NCBI RefSeq assembly: GCF_006345805.1
Contig: NC_043003.1
Span: forward strand, 115,134,001-115,198,000
Reading direction: 5' to 3'
DNA from: Octopus sinensis
Taxonomy: Eukaryota
DNA: 64,000 nt
Of this stretch, positions 40,133 to 54,116 are shown piece after piece. Position numbers and translations under genes: made by a program. The notes under the pieces are model-generated. The model was not told where the DNA came from, did no database searches, and was given only the letters and a program-made list of their open reading frames with translations. Every line of letters starts with the position of its first letter. Within the stretch, counting starts at the first letter, position 1.

Positions 40133-42307
40133 TAGCGTGCTTTCACTTCACTACCGAGCGCAGCTCTGTGTGCCTTGGGTATGTGCTGTGATTTGTTGTG
40201 ATGCTCTGATGGTTATTGTATGGAAAGTGTTCTGCGTAGGATGTGTGCAGTGCCTAGTAGTGCAATTTTCTGTATGTTATATGTGTTTGTAAGTCCTGGT
40301 GTTTTTGTTATGTATTTGTCTGAATATTTTTTTATCATGCCTAATGCACCTACTATGATAGGAATTGTTTCTGTTTTCAGATTCCACATTCTAGTTACCT
40401 CTATTTCCAGGACTTTGTATTTTGAGAGTTTCTCCATTTCTTTTAGAGACACGTTGTCATCAGCCGGTATTGATACATCAATTAGAAAGCATTTTTTTTC
40501 TTCATGGTCTCTGACAACTATATCTGGTCTGTTGGCCTTAATTTCTCTATATGTGTGTATTGGCATATCCCAGAGTATGGTTGCTTTCTCGTTTTCTGTG
40601 ACCTTTTCTGGTGTGTGCCTATACTATCTTTTTTCTGTTGTTATTCCATAATGTTGGCATAGCTTCCAATGTATGTAGGTTCCAACTCTGTCATGTCTGT
40701 GAATATATTCCTTCTTAGCCAGAACTGGGCAGCTAGAGATAATATGATTTATTGTTTCTTGTCCATCTCCACATATTCTGCAGTTTCTTGTAATATTTCT
40801 TTTCATTACATGTTTTTGGTAATTTCTGGTGAGGAGGCTTTGGTCTTGTGCTGCAATTAAAAATCCCTCTGTTTCTGCTTTGAGTCCTGAGCTTCTCAAC
40901 CATTGCTGGGATTTTTCTTTGTCTATTTCTTTTGCGTTTAGTTTAGTCCAGTATTTACCATGAAGGGGCTTTTCTTGCCATCGTTTTATCATGGTTCGTT
41001 GCTGTTCTATTTTTAGTTTGGATTTCATTTGTTTTATAGCTTTTGTTGTTTCTTCATATTCTTCTTCTTCTTCATGTTTATTAGGTGGTATGATTTCTTG
41101 TTTGTATTTGTCAGCTTCCTTAAATACTGAGAACAGTTTTTTGTTTTGCTCGTGTTTTGCCGCTATCTGGATCAGTTTTCCTTCCTTCTGAAGTAGATAT
41201 TTTTGCAGTCCTATGGTGGTTATTTTATAGTAGTTTTCCAGCTGTATAAGGCCTCTACCACCTTCTATACGTTGTATATATAGTCTTTCTATGACAGATT
41301 TTGGGTGATGCATCCTAGATCCTGTCATTATTTTTCTTGTTTTCCTATCTATTTTGGTCAGTTCATTTCGTGTCCAGTTAAGGATATTGTAGCTGTAACT
41401 TATAACTGGGACAGCTAAAGTGTTGATACCTATTATCTTGTTTTTAGCATTGAGCTCTGTGTTTAGTATTGATCTAACTCGTCTATAATATTCTTTTTTT
41501 ATTTTCTCTTTCATTTGTGTGTGTTGTGTCTTATCTAGTTCATGGATTCCTAAGTATTTGTAAGTTTGGCTTTGGTCTAATTCTTTTATTTCATTGGTTT
41601 TATCTAGTGTGATGTTGTTACTCTTAACTAGTTTTCCTCTTTTCATGGTTACTTTGGCGCATTTTTCTAATCCAAATTTCATATCTATTTCTTTGGTAAA
41701 TCCATGAACTGTCTTTAATAGTGTTTCCAGCTGTTTGTCATTTGCAGCGTATAGTTTTATGTCATCCATATATAAAAGGTGGCTGATCGTTTTGCCGTAA
41801 CATTTATATCCGCATCCAGTTCTATTTAGCATATCAGATAGAGGTGACAGTGCCAAGCAGAAAAGGAGTGGAGAGAGCGTGTCTCCCTGGAATATTCCTC
41901 TTCTAATGGGGATGTCTTTGGTTTTCATGAGTCCCTCTTTTGTTTGGAGGTGTAGGACTGTTTGCCATTTATTCATAGAGTGCTCTATGAATTTTATGAT
42001 TGTTGGTGCTACTTTGTTAATGGCTAGTGTTTCGAGGATCCATGTGTGGGGGATGCTATCAAACGCCTTTTTGTAGTCAATCCAGGCCATACTGAGGCCT
42101 TTCTTCTTTCTGTGGCTGTCTTCAGTTATGGCTTTATTAATCATTAGTTGATCTTTACAGCCATATGAGCCTTTGCGGCATCCTTTCTGCTCTTCTGGGA
42201 ACAGTTTGTTTTCGTCAGCCTTTGTGATATCACTGCAGTAAATGTCTTGAACATAGTAGGGAGGCAGGTTATTGGTCTGTAGTTTTCTGGTTTTTCTGTT
42301 TCATTTG
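40133..42307 (-). mobile_element. 5'-truncated R4/Dong-clade non-LTR retrotransposon (RT, CCHC knuckle, RLE) inside (TAA)n
   Basis: NYRPITCL, QKGCRKGS, IDYKKAFDS, GIFQGDTLSP, YMDDIKL, YKYLG, CRICG..HIISSC, HRHD, RPDIV..LIDVS; one in-frame TAG at 40624-40626 and one frameshift near 42215; (AAT)n on both sides. Confidence 0.95.
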
Positions 42308-42383
<76 letters not shown>

Positions 42384-42384
42384 C

Positions 42385-43335
42385 TTTTTATTACATCTTG
42401 CATGCGTAGCTGGTTTACTACCTGTAGCCTACAGAATTATGCTATCCATTCTTTACAAATTTCTAATACCTTCCTGATTATTCTCGCCGTACCAAGGTAC
42501 AAACCTATCTACTGGGCATCATTCTATTCGAGGTTCCTTCATATTCCCCTTGATGCCTTTCTTCTGTCTGTCTTATCTGCAACATCCCTATGAAATTGAC
42601 CATACATTCTTTTCTTTGCCCACCTATTTTCAGTTTCATTCGTTTTCGCTTTCTTGTATAGTACTTTATCTTTGCACTCTTTCATCCTACACAAGCCAGA
42701 CCTCCTAATAGTAGCGGTTCTGTGACATTTTTTACATACCATGCTATGTCGTGTTCATCTGCTGTAATGCTGTGATCGCATCCAATAAGTCCTCTTCCCC
42801 CTCTTTTTCTTGGTACATACAGTTTGTCTGTGTCACTTTTTGGGTGGAGTGACCCATATCTAGTTAGCAACTTCCTTGTCTTTCTGTCTAAGCTATTTAG
42901 TTCGTCTACTGTCCATTCGATTACCCCGTCTCCATAACGAATGAGTGAAACCGCCCAGGTGTTTATAGTTTCGATCTTATTCCGTCCATTTAATTTCGAC
43001 TTAAGTATCAGCCTCTCTCGCACAAGTATTCCACCTTAAATTTTTCTGTGATTTCTTTCTCCATCAATCTATCCATTTTCAAAATCCCCAAGTACTTATA
43101 ACCCGTCTCTTCGATAAGCTTCATAACCTTCCCCGACGGTATCGTTAGTCCGTCTATACATTTGATTTCACCTCTCATCAAGGCTAACGCACCACACTTT
43201 CTCAGTTCGAACTCCATTCTCATATCAGCACTGAAGGTATACACCGTATCGACGAGGGAACTGACTTGGTCTTCATGTTTGAGGTCATCCATGAATAACA
43301 AATGGCTAAAATGCCGGATATAGTTGTCAAAGATC
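42385..43335 (-). pseudogene. R4/Dong subfamily 2 element, internally deleted and decayed
   Basis: HLLFMDDL, GYKYLGI, LHPKSDTDKLYVPRKRGGRGL, then a jump to LGTARIIRKVL, 3' UTR and (TAA)n. Confidence 0.8.
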
Positions 43336-43339
43336 ATCT

Positions 43340-43545
43340 AGAAAAAAATGCTTTCTAATGGATGTATTGATGCCAACAGGTCGCAACATTTCTCCAAAAG
43401 AAACGGAGACACTTTCAAAATACAAACATCTGGAAATAGTCGTAAGTCGAATGTGGAGCCTAAAAACAGGAACAGTTGCTGTCGTAGGTACATTAGGTAT
43501 AAAAAAAAAGATTCAGACAAATACATAACAAAAATAGCAGCATTT
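43340..43545 (+). pseudogene. Decayed RLE fragment resembling subfamily 1
   Basis: Nucleotide similarity to 36715-36890 (tgctttctaat.gatgta..ctttcaaaatacaaa..ctggaaata..cgaatgtgga..ctaaaa..gattcagacaaatac). Confidence 0.55.
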
Positions 43546-43689
43546 AGTCTGTCTGAGATCGTTGTTGTGACTTGATAGACAGTATAACCGCCCCACCCGC
43601 CACCCGTAGATACAATATCTTCTATGAGCAACTGTATGATGTTGGACATTTGCAACGTCTTCAATAATAATGATGATGTTACTGCTGTT

Positions 43690-43997
43690 GCTGCTGCTGC
43701 TGCTGATGATGATGATGATGGTGATGATGATGGTGATGATGATGGTGATGATGATGGTAATTGTAATGATGATGGTGATGATGATGGTGGTGGTGGTGGC
43801 GATAATGATGATGGTGATGATGATAATGATGATGATGATGATGTTGATGATGGTGATGACGATGATGATGGTGATGGTGATGTTGATGATGATGATGGTG
43901 ATGATGATGATGGTGATGATGATGATGATGATGATGATGATGGTAATGGTGATGATGGTGATGATGATGATGGTGGTGGTGGCGATAATGATGACGG

Positions 43998-44029
<32 letters not shown>

Positions 44030-44297
44030 GTGATGACGATGATGATGGTGATGATGATGTTGATGATGGTGATGATGATGATGATGATGATGATGTTGAT
44101 GATGGTGATGACGATGATGATGGTGATGGTGATGTTGATGACGGTGATGATGATGATGATGATGATGGTGATGATGATGGTGATGACGATGATGATGGTG
44201 ATGGTGATGTTGATGATGGTGATGATGATGATGATGATGATGTTGATGATGGTGATGACGATGATGATGGTGATGGTGATGTTGATGATGATGATGG

Positions 44298-44332
<35 letters not shown>

Positions 44333-44610
44333 GTAATGGTGATGATGGTGATGATGATGATGTGATGATGATGATGTGATGATGGTGATGATGATGATGG
44401 TGGTGGTGGTGGCGATAATGATGATGGTGATGATGATAATGATGATGATGATGATGTTGATGATGGTGATGACGATGATGATGGTGATGGTGATGTTGAT
44501 GATGATGATGGTGATGATGATGATGGTGATGATGATGATGATGATGATGATGATGGTAATGGTGATGATGGTGATGATGATGATGGTGGTGGTGGCGATA
44601 ATGATGACGG

Positions 44611-44642
<32 letters not shown>

Positions 44643-44682
44643 GTGATGACGATGATGATGGTGATGATGATGTTGATGATGG

Positions 44683-44714
<32 letters not shown>

Positions 44715-44904
44715 GTGATGACGATGATGATGGTGATGGTGATGTTGATGACGGTGATGATGATGATGATGATGATGTTGATGATGGTGATGACGATGAT
44801 GATGGTGATGGTGATGTTGATGATGGTGATGATGATGATGATGATGATGTTGATGATGGTGATGACGATGATGATGGTGATGGTGATGTTGATGATGATG
44901 ATGG

Positions 44905-44939
<35 letters not shown>

Positions 44940-45006
44940 GTAATGGTGATGATGGTGATGATGATGATGGTGGTGGTGGCGATGATGATGATGGTGATGA
45001 TGATGG

Positions 45007-45053
<47 letters not shown>

Positions 45054-45130
45054 GTGATGATGATGGTAATGGTGATGATGGTGATGATGATGATGATGAT
45101 GTTGGTAATTGTAACGATGATGGTGATCCT
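43690..45130. repeat. ~1.4-kb compound (GAT)n array with higher-order periodicity
   Basis: Marker ggtggtggcgataat recurs at 183- and 613-bp spacing. Confidence 0.9.
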
Positions 45131-47665
45131 CATCATCGTAGTGATGGTGATGGTGATGTTCAGAACAATGACAGATAATCTGAATGTCGGTGCTGTGTGT
45201 AATTGGGTTTGCTTCTTGTGACGTATTCGTTTTTTTTTTTCATCAAATAAGTAATATATTGAAAATGCTCGCACTTACAACCGGTCACTCGACCTCAATG
45301 TGTAAAGACAGTGCCCAGGCAAATAAGCCATTGAACACTGGTCAGGTTGAGACACATCAAAACATGTGAAACAATACCAACCACAATTGTTTCCTCCAGA
45401 TTAAAAAGAGAAATAGTGCTCTTTATTTGGTGCAAACAATAAGGCAAGATGGAAACTGAAATACCTGTCGTCACATGTAAGATATAAACCTTTATCTGCC
45501 GGATCGGACGATAATGTATTTATCAATCAGGAGTACAATTCTCAAATCGTACAAAGATAACCGAAATATAGATATGGGCATAAAAGATATAAATTTCTAT
45601 GTCTATGATAGTTTTACGTCCTTACTTTACTACAGAATTATAGGAAGTGAAAGAAGTTATAATTGAAACTAAAGAAATACTGCAAGAGAAATCATCGTAA
45701 ATATTACGGTGCTATCAAAGAAGAAATAATTCCATTTTGAAAGGAAAGATATCGACGCAAATCCAAAATGATTTTATTAAAGGCGAGCTAAACATTGAAA
45801 CTTAATGCAACACCACAAACGAGTTGGTATGCATCACTACTTTAGCTCTTCTATTTTAGTAAATCTTCAAATGATGTAGTTACATTAATTTCAAATGGAT
45901 GCTGAGTTACCAAGTGAAGATTAAGAACCGTCAAATTTGATTGTATATAGAACACACGGAAGCCAAATCTTATACAACTTGGTCTCAGATAACAGAAGAA
46001 ATGAGAAAAAATAATATAAAATCGGGTAAATAAAGAGAAGCTCATTACTGAATGTCTAGCAGAGACATAAGATCAGTTTTCTTTCGCCCCGTGGTCTAAA
46101 TCTTCCTATCAGAAACTCCTTAAATCATATAATGAACACACTTAGATGACCATCCTGTCAAAACAGGTATGTATCGCCTAGTTGCATTATTGCAAATACT
46201 TAATCAGAAAAAATACCTACGTACAGGTGATATTGCTGAATCTTGCATAACTGAAAGGAAAAATGACGTAAATGTCTTTCAGAAATTAGTCTGAGCACAA
46301 TCAAACGTAGACACACTTAACTAAACATAGAAAGGAATCGAGCAGAAATAGTGAGTTCCTATACAATGGTTCCATCCGGTATACATGTGTTGATGTTCCC
46401 TACGCGAATGGAAAGTAAATAGTGTTTGTAATTACAAGTTTTGGTTTTAATTATTTCATGTAAAAATGAAATGACGACTGATTTTATTCAAGTTTTAAGA
46501 TGAGTTCCAACTACTAACTCTTAGAAATATTTTTTTCTTTTTTTTTTGCAATTCTAGTATATTGCATGAAATTAACTGAAATATTTTAATAATTCTATAA
46601 TTATTGTTAATTGTGGTGTAACTGTTACTAAATTTCTCGAAACATTCTCTATTGCATTATATCATAGATATGTCGACATTTTTGAAGCGAAATCAAAGAG
46701 AAACAAATGTCGCGGTAATTAACCGGGAAATCAAAGCAGCCCAGAAAATAACAAACAAACAAACAAACAGAATTAGATTACTATGAATTAATAGGATGTC
46801 TATACTTAAACTAAAGCATTCATAAAATATCACGTGATGAAATTACCAAATCAGCTGTAAGCTATAATGGTATTTGTCCCTTCAGGGTTAGAATAACATT
46901 TTTTGAAACAGACCGGTTTAATTGCTCTTTCTCGACAGATCTTTATTCCCTCTAACCCAATCCACATGTAACAATTCTTACTCAATTCCTCTTATGCGCC
47001 GGAAATTGATAGAAGCGAATTATATAAGATACATTTGCTTAAATGTTGGGATACATGCGTAGAATATTTTCTCGTTCGTAGATTGACAGAATTATTAGAT
47101 GAGAAAACATTATTAATGTCCATAGTTTCATTTGGTTTGCTCCTGGGTTCAAACCCCAGCGAGGCCACATGTTCCGTTCAACCTACTGGATACACAGTTA
47201 TCCCTAGCCATATCGTGGTTCACCTATCGCAATTTCTTATTTAAGCTTGCGTCGATTCCTCTGTGGTGTTGTTTTGAATTTAAAATATAATAAATATATG
47301 CAAATGATAAATATAACAAAAACAAAAGAAAAGAATACAGTATAGTACTATTTTTACTTCGCGGATTTTGAAAAGCCGGGCTTTGAAATGTAACACCCGC
47401 GATTATCGAGGGATTACTGTAATCGCTTACAACCGCCTTCACAATATTGCAGACTTCGTGTTTAACATATTTGTGAAGTGACACAACAGGGAGAGCGTTG
47501 GAGGAAAATGTGATGCGCTATTTCGTCCGATTCTATACGCACTGCGTTCAAAACACGCTGATATCATGTGCTTCTCCTCAGGCGACAATGTAACATATTG
47601 ATCAAGTGGTGGGAACAACGGTGTTAACAACCCGCCTCTCTTTGATATTACTGGACATGTTTGTC

Positions 47666-47858
47666 AGGAGGCGAGCTGGCAGAATCGGTAGCACGGCGAG
47701 CGAACTGCTTAGCAGCATTTTGTCTACATTCTGAGTTTAAATTCCCCCGAGATCGATTTTACCTGTAATTCTGTTGGTATCGGTAAAATAAGTACCAGTT
47801 GAGCCATAAGGTCAATATGATCGACTTAAAATTGCTGGCCCTGTGCCAAATTTGAAAC
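47666..47858 (+). mobile_element. Diverged SINE family A
   Basis: ggcgagctggcagaatc head; aaattgctggcc..tttgaaac tail. Confidence 0.65.
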
Positions 47859-47899
47859 ATGTATTTCTGGATATGTGACTATATTATTATCATCATCAT

Positions 47900-48960
47900 C
47901 GCTTACATTTTTCTTCTTGGTGATCTTGATTGTTCTTACACCAATTAATTGTTGTAAGACAGAACAGCAACTTGTCAAAGGTCTCACAATGTCTCTCTCC
48001 ACGACAGTTAACATCCAAGTACCACCCTGAAAATCCTCGCTGCCCCAATAGAACAGTTTTCTGAACTTCCTCTACCCTCACGTGAATTCCAATTTCTCCA
48101 ATATTTTTCTCAAATCTGGTTGTTAATTCTCACAGAGTGGTATGGCAGTTACTTCCTTCATGGCCCACACTCGTGCGATTTCGTCTTTTAGCAGCTTCTA
48201 TTTTTCAATCTTTTCCACCTCTTTGGGATCTTTTCGGTTTGAACGGCACTTTTTAACATAATTTCTAGGTAACTAAAAATTTTTAAACTTCTTATACTGG
48301 TAGAATGTGTTTATAAAACATATTTTTCTCTTGGCTTTATTGAGAAAATTCTATAGTTTTTAAGATATTTGTTGTTTTTTCTTCAATTTCAGCAATTTCA
48401 ACCAATTACTGACGTCCATTGAGGTAAACAACATTCTGTGCCGTATGAATATGTCCCTCGTTTAAGAAGCAGATTGGGTTTATTTACATTTGTGAAGAAA
48501 ACAAAGATACCTTTCCCCCACCCCTAACCATAAAATAGATTAAAATGCAATAGATCGATACTAGGGTCATAATTATGGGTGACAATTTCATATGACACCG
48601 CTAGAAAAACTGCCGTTCAAACCGAAAAGATCCTCCTCTTTGTCACCCCCTCGAGCATTCCAAATATGGTCATTTCTATGATCTTAGTTTCCGTCTTCCT
48701 TTTATTCACTACAACAATATCTGGTCACAGAGCATCAATTCCTGAGTCACATTGGATTTTAAAAGCCCATAACATCTTATATTCAATATTCTCGGTACCG
48801 CCTTCTACTTTATCTTCCTACCATTTTCATGTTCTTTCAGAGCCCTACTACTTACACTCTCTCTAAGTTAACTGCGTTATTGCACCTCCTTTTGTATTCC
48901 TTTTGGGCCAGCTTTCTACACTCAAAATATCCGAGACGGATTTATTTTTACTACCGCACA
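47900..48960 (-). pseudogene. R4/Dong subfamily 2-like C-terminal RLE fragment interrupted by a MITE
   Basis: LAQKEYKRR..MLWAFKIQCD..PDIVVVNK..IIEM | MITE | IARVWAMK..VEEVQKTVLLG. Confidence 0.7.
48226..48633 (-). mobile_element. GGATC-TIR MITE, copy 2
   Basis: Reverse orientation of 2102-2545; cctctttg on both sides (right copy offset by 1 nt). Confidence 0.85.
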
Positions 48961-50804
48961 TCCTACAAATTGGGGCATTCTCCACTCTAATCTATTTGGG
49001 TTCGGTGTAAATTAGATCGTATGGCTTATTTTTGAGCGCTGCATATTAATACCTTAGAGCATACTTTCAGACCATTTTCCTTAGCATATGTATATATGCA
49101 TATAAGAGACGATGAGCGATGGCTAGAAGGATATTGAGCTTCATTTGATAACCAGCTGATCTAGCAAGCGGGGCCTCATATCAGTGATGGGGGCCGGTGC
49201 GCAATGATGCCGTCGAAAGGTAGGCCTCGAAGCGGCGCGCATTCTCTACTGATGATCCCATACACTTGTTGGCTGTTAAGAGGTGAGATTTTTCTCATAT
49301 ATTAAAACACTTGCAGAAGCCTCCATACTGTGGGAGCAAAACTACGTTCTTAGGAAGGAAACAGGCTAATTTTAATATTCTCTTTAGTTTTAGACTTTCA
49401 CATATTTTCTCATCTGTTCTTCATGTTAAGTGAGGAAACGTAGCGTCCTACGGTGCATTAGAGCATGAACACCGGGAAAGTACCCCCACTCCACCTTCAG
49501 AAAGAAATGCTCTCGTATACAAAGGTTTATATTAATAGTGAGATTCTCTTTTGTTCATCATCTGGTTTAATGATTATTCTTTGGCTCTATCCAGTTGTTA
49601 TAGTGAAATTAGCTTGATTTATACAACTTTTGATTTTTAGCTTATATTTTCTAATGCCAAAGACAAGCATCCCTCCTACCAGGGTCAATCGACTGTCCTT
49701 CACAACGGAATCAATGCTGCTGCAAAGAAATTTTGATGAACGCATTCACCTCTCCGAAAGCAGACGTTTCTTTGCGGGTATATTCTTCTTACAGTAAAGA
49801 TATTTCAAGAAATCCAAGACACCATTCCGCTTTCGGGTCTGAATTGATTTCCTTTATTCTGTCGTGAAACTCCACTGGCTTTATCTTAGATTTTCAATAC
49901 ACTACAGTCGATATTTTGTTATATGTAGTAGACATGTATTGGGTTTAATCGTATTTACCGTACGCGTACTTAACAAGGTGTCTCTCTCTCTCCCTCTCTC
50001 TCCTTCTCTCTCTCTCCCTTAATACATATGTATACATGTGTGCGTGTCTGTGTATGTGTGTGTAGTCACACAAACGTATATACATGTATGTGCACATATC
50101 TAGGTTCATTAAATGATTGATTAATATATGAATGTATGGAGATAACTATTATGAAGAAGACGAATGCCTAATTGCATATTTTGGAAGAGAATCTATCGGT
50201 GGTAATCCCTAGCCGTCTTTTCTCTAACAATAATTCTATGATTTGTGCCATAATTCAATATATAAACAGTAGTTAACATAATTGTAACTAATTATTTAGA
50301 AGGCGATCTGGTCGTTTCGTTCAGCAAATAAAATTAATGAATCGTAATTGCTACAAGGTAAGAAATGCTAATATAATCATACGTGTATTCTTAGTAATAC
50401 CTCGGGTAAGGATTACAGAAGTGTGGCTGAGTGAGGCTTCCTGTGTCGTAGCGTCTGGGAGACAGAAAGATTTCTTCAAAGAGAAGCAGAATAAAACTCG
50501 ATGAATCACAACCTATTAAGCAATTATATGAGAAGACATAGGTTGTGGGTCGGTTAGGTACCTTCCACGGGTTTTTTCACCCTCTCTGAAGTATTACGTA
50601 ACGCTGTCTCTCTCTACACATTCTCAAGATTTTCAAATGAAATATAAACGTTTGATAATATAAGCTAAGTGAGTATTTCTGCGAGGCCTTCAGTGGTTAC
50701 AATAGACATTTTTACATTGATGGTTTCTGCAGGATCCCATGTAATATGGTTGAGGAAGGAAAGAAACCAAAGCCAAAACCGAAGCAAATAGCCAAACACT
50801 TCAT

Positions 50805-51014
50805 TTCAAATTTTGACTCAAGGCCAGCAATTTCAGAAGACGGGGTGAGTCGATTATATCAACCTAACTGCTCAACCGGTACTTATCTCGTTCAACCCGA
50901 ATGGATGAAAAGCAAAGTTGACCTCGTCGGAATTCGAACTCAGAATGAATACAACGGTCAAAACGTTGCTAAATATCTTACCCGGCGTGTGAACCTTTTG
51001 CCAGATTGACGCCT
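50805..51014 (-). mobile_element. Diverged SINE family A
   Basis: Reverse complement of head, B box and aaattgctggcc tail. Confidence 0.6.
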
Positions 51015-54006
51015 TAAATAAACAAACAATATTGGTTACAAATGTTGGCAGAGGACCAAGAATGTCGAGTTCCGATTGCGCCGAACCCTGTGCTCTACTG
51101 GTGTTTAATTTAATCGACCCCGAAATGATGAAAAGCAAAGTCGACCGCAGCAAACTTTGTACAGACAATGGAAAGACGGACGAAATAAAGATGGGGAAAA
51201 ATTGTCGAGTGGTATCGTATTTCAGACTTAAATTCGTTAGAATTTACTAATTGGTTTAAGAAATATTTTGAATGTTTTCTATTTGAAATGATAAAATTTG
51301 TCGATTTTATGATAGCAATGAATGCAACTTATTTTTGGACGTTCGTTATTTGCAAATGCATTTACGGATAAATTTCTGTTCGTATTTATTCTCTAATATC
51401 GTCGTGATGTATCAATGGAGTGACGCAGTTGTTTACTCCATTCTTTAAATAAAACCTTATTACGCAAGTATTTCGGACACGGTGTATTACATACGATGTC
51501 TATTTCCCTTTCCCAGAAAAGCATACACAGACACACTCAAAAACACGTGCACGCGCACACACACACTCACATAATCCATATATGCTTAGACATACACCTG
51601 GGTACATGCACATACATACACACTTATACACACACACATTCTCTGACATATCATATAAGCATATATACGTGTATATACGAATTCCTGTACTCCCCCTCTC
51701 TCTCATTCTAGATACACGATATAGTTATACAAAGCTATAACATATATGTGTGTGTATATGCACGTATGTGTGTGAGTATGTTTATATGTGTAAACATGCA
51801 TGCGTATATATATACATACAAACACACACATATATATATATATTTAGATAAATAGTTAGATAGATAGATGCTCGTGTACAATGTATATATAAACATGTTT
51901 TCAAATCGCAATAAAAATGTATTCGTTTGATGTGTAAATATACTCGTAAAAGAGGGAAAAAAATGTGATCTCAGTAACTATGTGAACAAAGACCGTCATA
52001 CGTATATATGTGTATATGTGTATATATGTGTGTGCGTGCCTTTGTTGATTGGTAATATGTATACGCGTAGATAGACGTTTGTGCGTGCTTGTGCTACACG
52101 CATGTGTGTAATTGTGCGTGAATATACCATATATGTTCAGTTCCCTTTTAAAGATCAATCGCAATATATATCTTGTTATTTTGTCATCATTGGGAGACTA
52201 CACGCATTAATGAGTAGTTTCTACAAATTGATCAACGACACTTCTTATTTGGTCTTTTATCTTTTTCAGATGCTTTTCATCAGCAAAACATATCAAGGAA
52301 AACAACGACAGAAGCAACAAAACAAAAACACGCCTTCCTTTTCAACAATATCCACGGTCACGCGCTTAATTGTTTTACATTCTTTTTGTGTTGTGTTCTC
52401 TGGTCTTGCGCGAACAAAAAGAATTCCAAAATTCACAATACGGTTTCTTGTTATCTTCTGTGTACGTAACAGAGAGAAATGCATGGTTAGATGAGACAAT
52501 GAATGATAACCGAGGGACAGTTCATGAAAATACGTAGGGCTAGAAAAACAAAACATATCACCTAATGGCGAGGTCAACCACAATGAAATGGTGAATCATT
52601 GTCCGTTTATAAATTTATTGGCAAATAACAATATTTTAGTATTTCGTTTTTGGATTTGGTTTGCAAGATTCTTTATATGAGTTCGTGTTTTGAAGCATAT
52701 TCTGAGTCATGACTATTGAAAAGTTTGCAAGAGGCAACGAAAATTTTAGGAAAATAAATATAAGAAAAAAGTGGAAATTTTACCGGTGAGTGTGTTAGAT
52801 TATAAGGCACAAAAAGAAAATGACTCTTCCCAGACACAACAGAATACTTTAGTAAATATTCTATTTTCTAGAAAAGAGTTGAGAGACTTCAAATTATGTT
52901 TACTTCTATAAATATATTTACATGAACCAAACACTACAAATGTGCATGTATGTATATTTATGTATATGTAATTCATTCATTTTCCTGGCGCACGTAGAGA
53001 CTAAGCATTGTTGTAACATACTAATTAGATAGAAGCACGTCTTATACATTGACTATTAGCATTAAGACCGAAATTATCTCTCATTCCGATTGATGCTTTC
53101 CGAGTTGTTTCTTAACTGAAAATATTAAGGCTACATGTTGCGCTCGCTGGTTTACTTTTAGCAACTCCCATCGAAAATTCTAGTCTATCTGCAATAAAAT
53201 TTCATTGAACTGAAATATTCAGTTCATTATCATACTCTATATGATAATTAATTGTCAGCTTGCTTGTACAAACACGCCGCAACGCGGATATTCTACACAA
53301 AAAGGTGCGCCAAGCCCACACTCAAATACGTTCGGGATCTGGGGATTAATATGCATCTGTTCAAGTACCTATCACCAAGATATTTGAAATATGTAACTGA
53401 ATGGCCCGTTGGATTCCGAAAACCTCCAGATCAAGCGATCAGAAAATAGTAATGGTTTTATGGGGGACATTTGCAATCAGTTCTCAGTCCAGCGACTCAT
53501 AGAGATTCTCACCTCACAGTGTCAACTTCATAGCGGAACTCGCGGTGGTTCCATTCTGAGAAAACCGAACCAATGAAACACATGAACGACTGGAAGAAAC
53601 TCTGAAAGCATTTCGTCTCAACTGCCTGAAGCTAATGTGGGAGAGATATGGAATGATACAAATTAGAGAGGGACGATCGCCAGGCCTAACTAACCAGTTA
53701 CTGCATTAGCTTGGAATTCAAAGACACATAGCTTTTTAATATATTGCCAAAATACCTGAGAGAACTACATGGAGTCGGGGGAGATACTTTCAAGAAGCAA
53801 TTTAACCTTCAGATTTCGAATCATAGATGAACCTATATCATGGCAGAAACTGAAGAAAGGTTGGTAATATGAAATTCCCTCATTTCAGCTAATAAAAGGA
53901 ATGGCTGTTGTAAAGGCAATGATGGTGGCAGTGCTACAGCCTGACCACAGTCTTCAGGCTGAAACGTATACAAGAATAAAAGAATACACAAACATGAGCA
54001 CACACA

Positions 54007-54116
54007 CCTGTTCACTGACAAAATTTCGTGCTGCATCACGAAATTTTATCGCGGTTTCAAAGCGACGAAAATGTGTTGACACAAATTAATTTAAATGATG
54101 AAGCGAATCTAACGGT
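54007..54116. mobile_element. Collapsed second copy of the G3:C8 HHR family, again with an inversion junction
   Basis: cctgttcactgacaaaa (minus-strand stem I + GUGAACA) joined through hairpin aaaatttcgtg/cacgaaatttt to plus-strand gcgacgaaaat..aaatta..gaagcgaatctaacgg. Confidence 0.6.

Noticed and set aside
39431-40135. 234-aa and overlapping ORFs
   Set aside because: Translations of (CAT/CAC/ATT)n repeats.
43624-45274. Long Asp/Gly-rich, Met-rich and His/Ile-rich ORFs (possible acidic biomineralisation-like protein)
   Set aside because: They are the reading frames of a (GAT)n microsatellite; the register breaks near 44362-44378 and there is no signal peptide or unique domain.
49160-49290. 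GC-rich patch with C/D-box-like words (tgatg...ctga)
   Set aside because: No proper C box or terminal stem; more likely a decayed repeat fragment.
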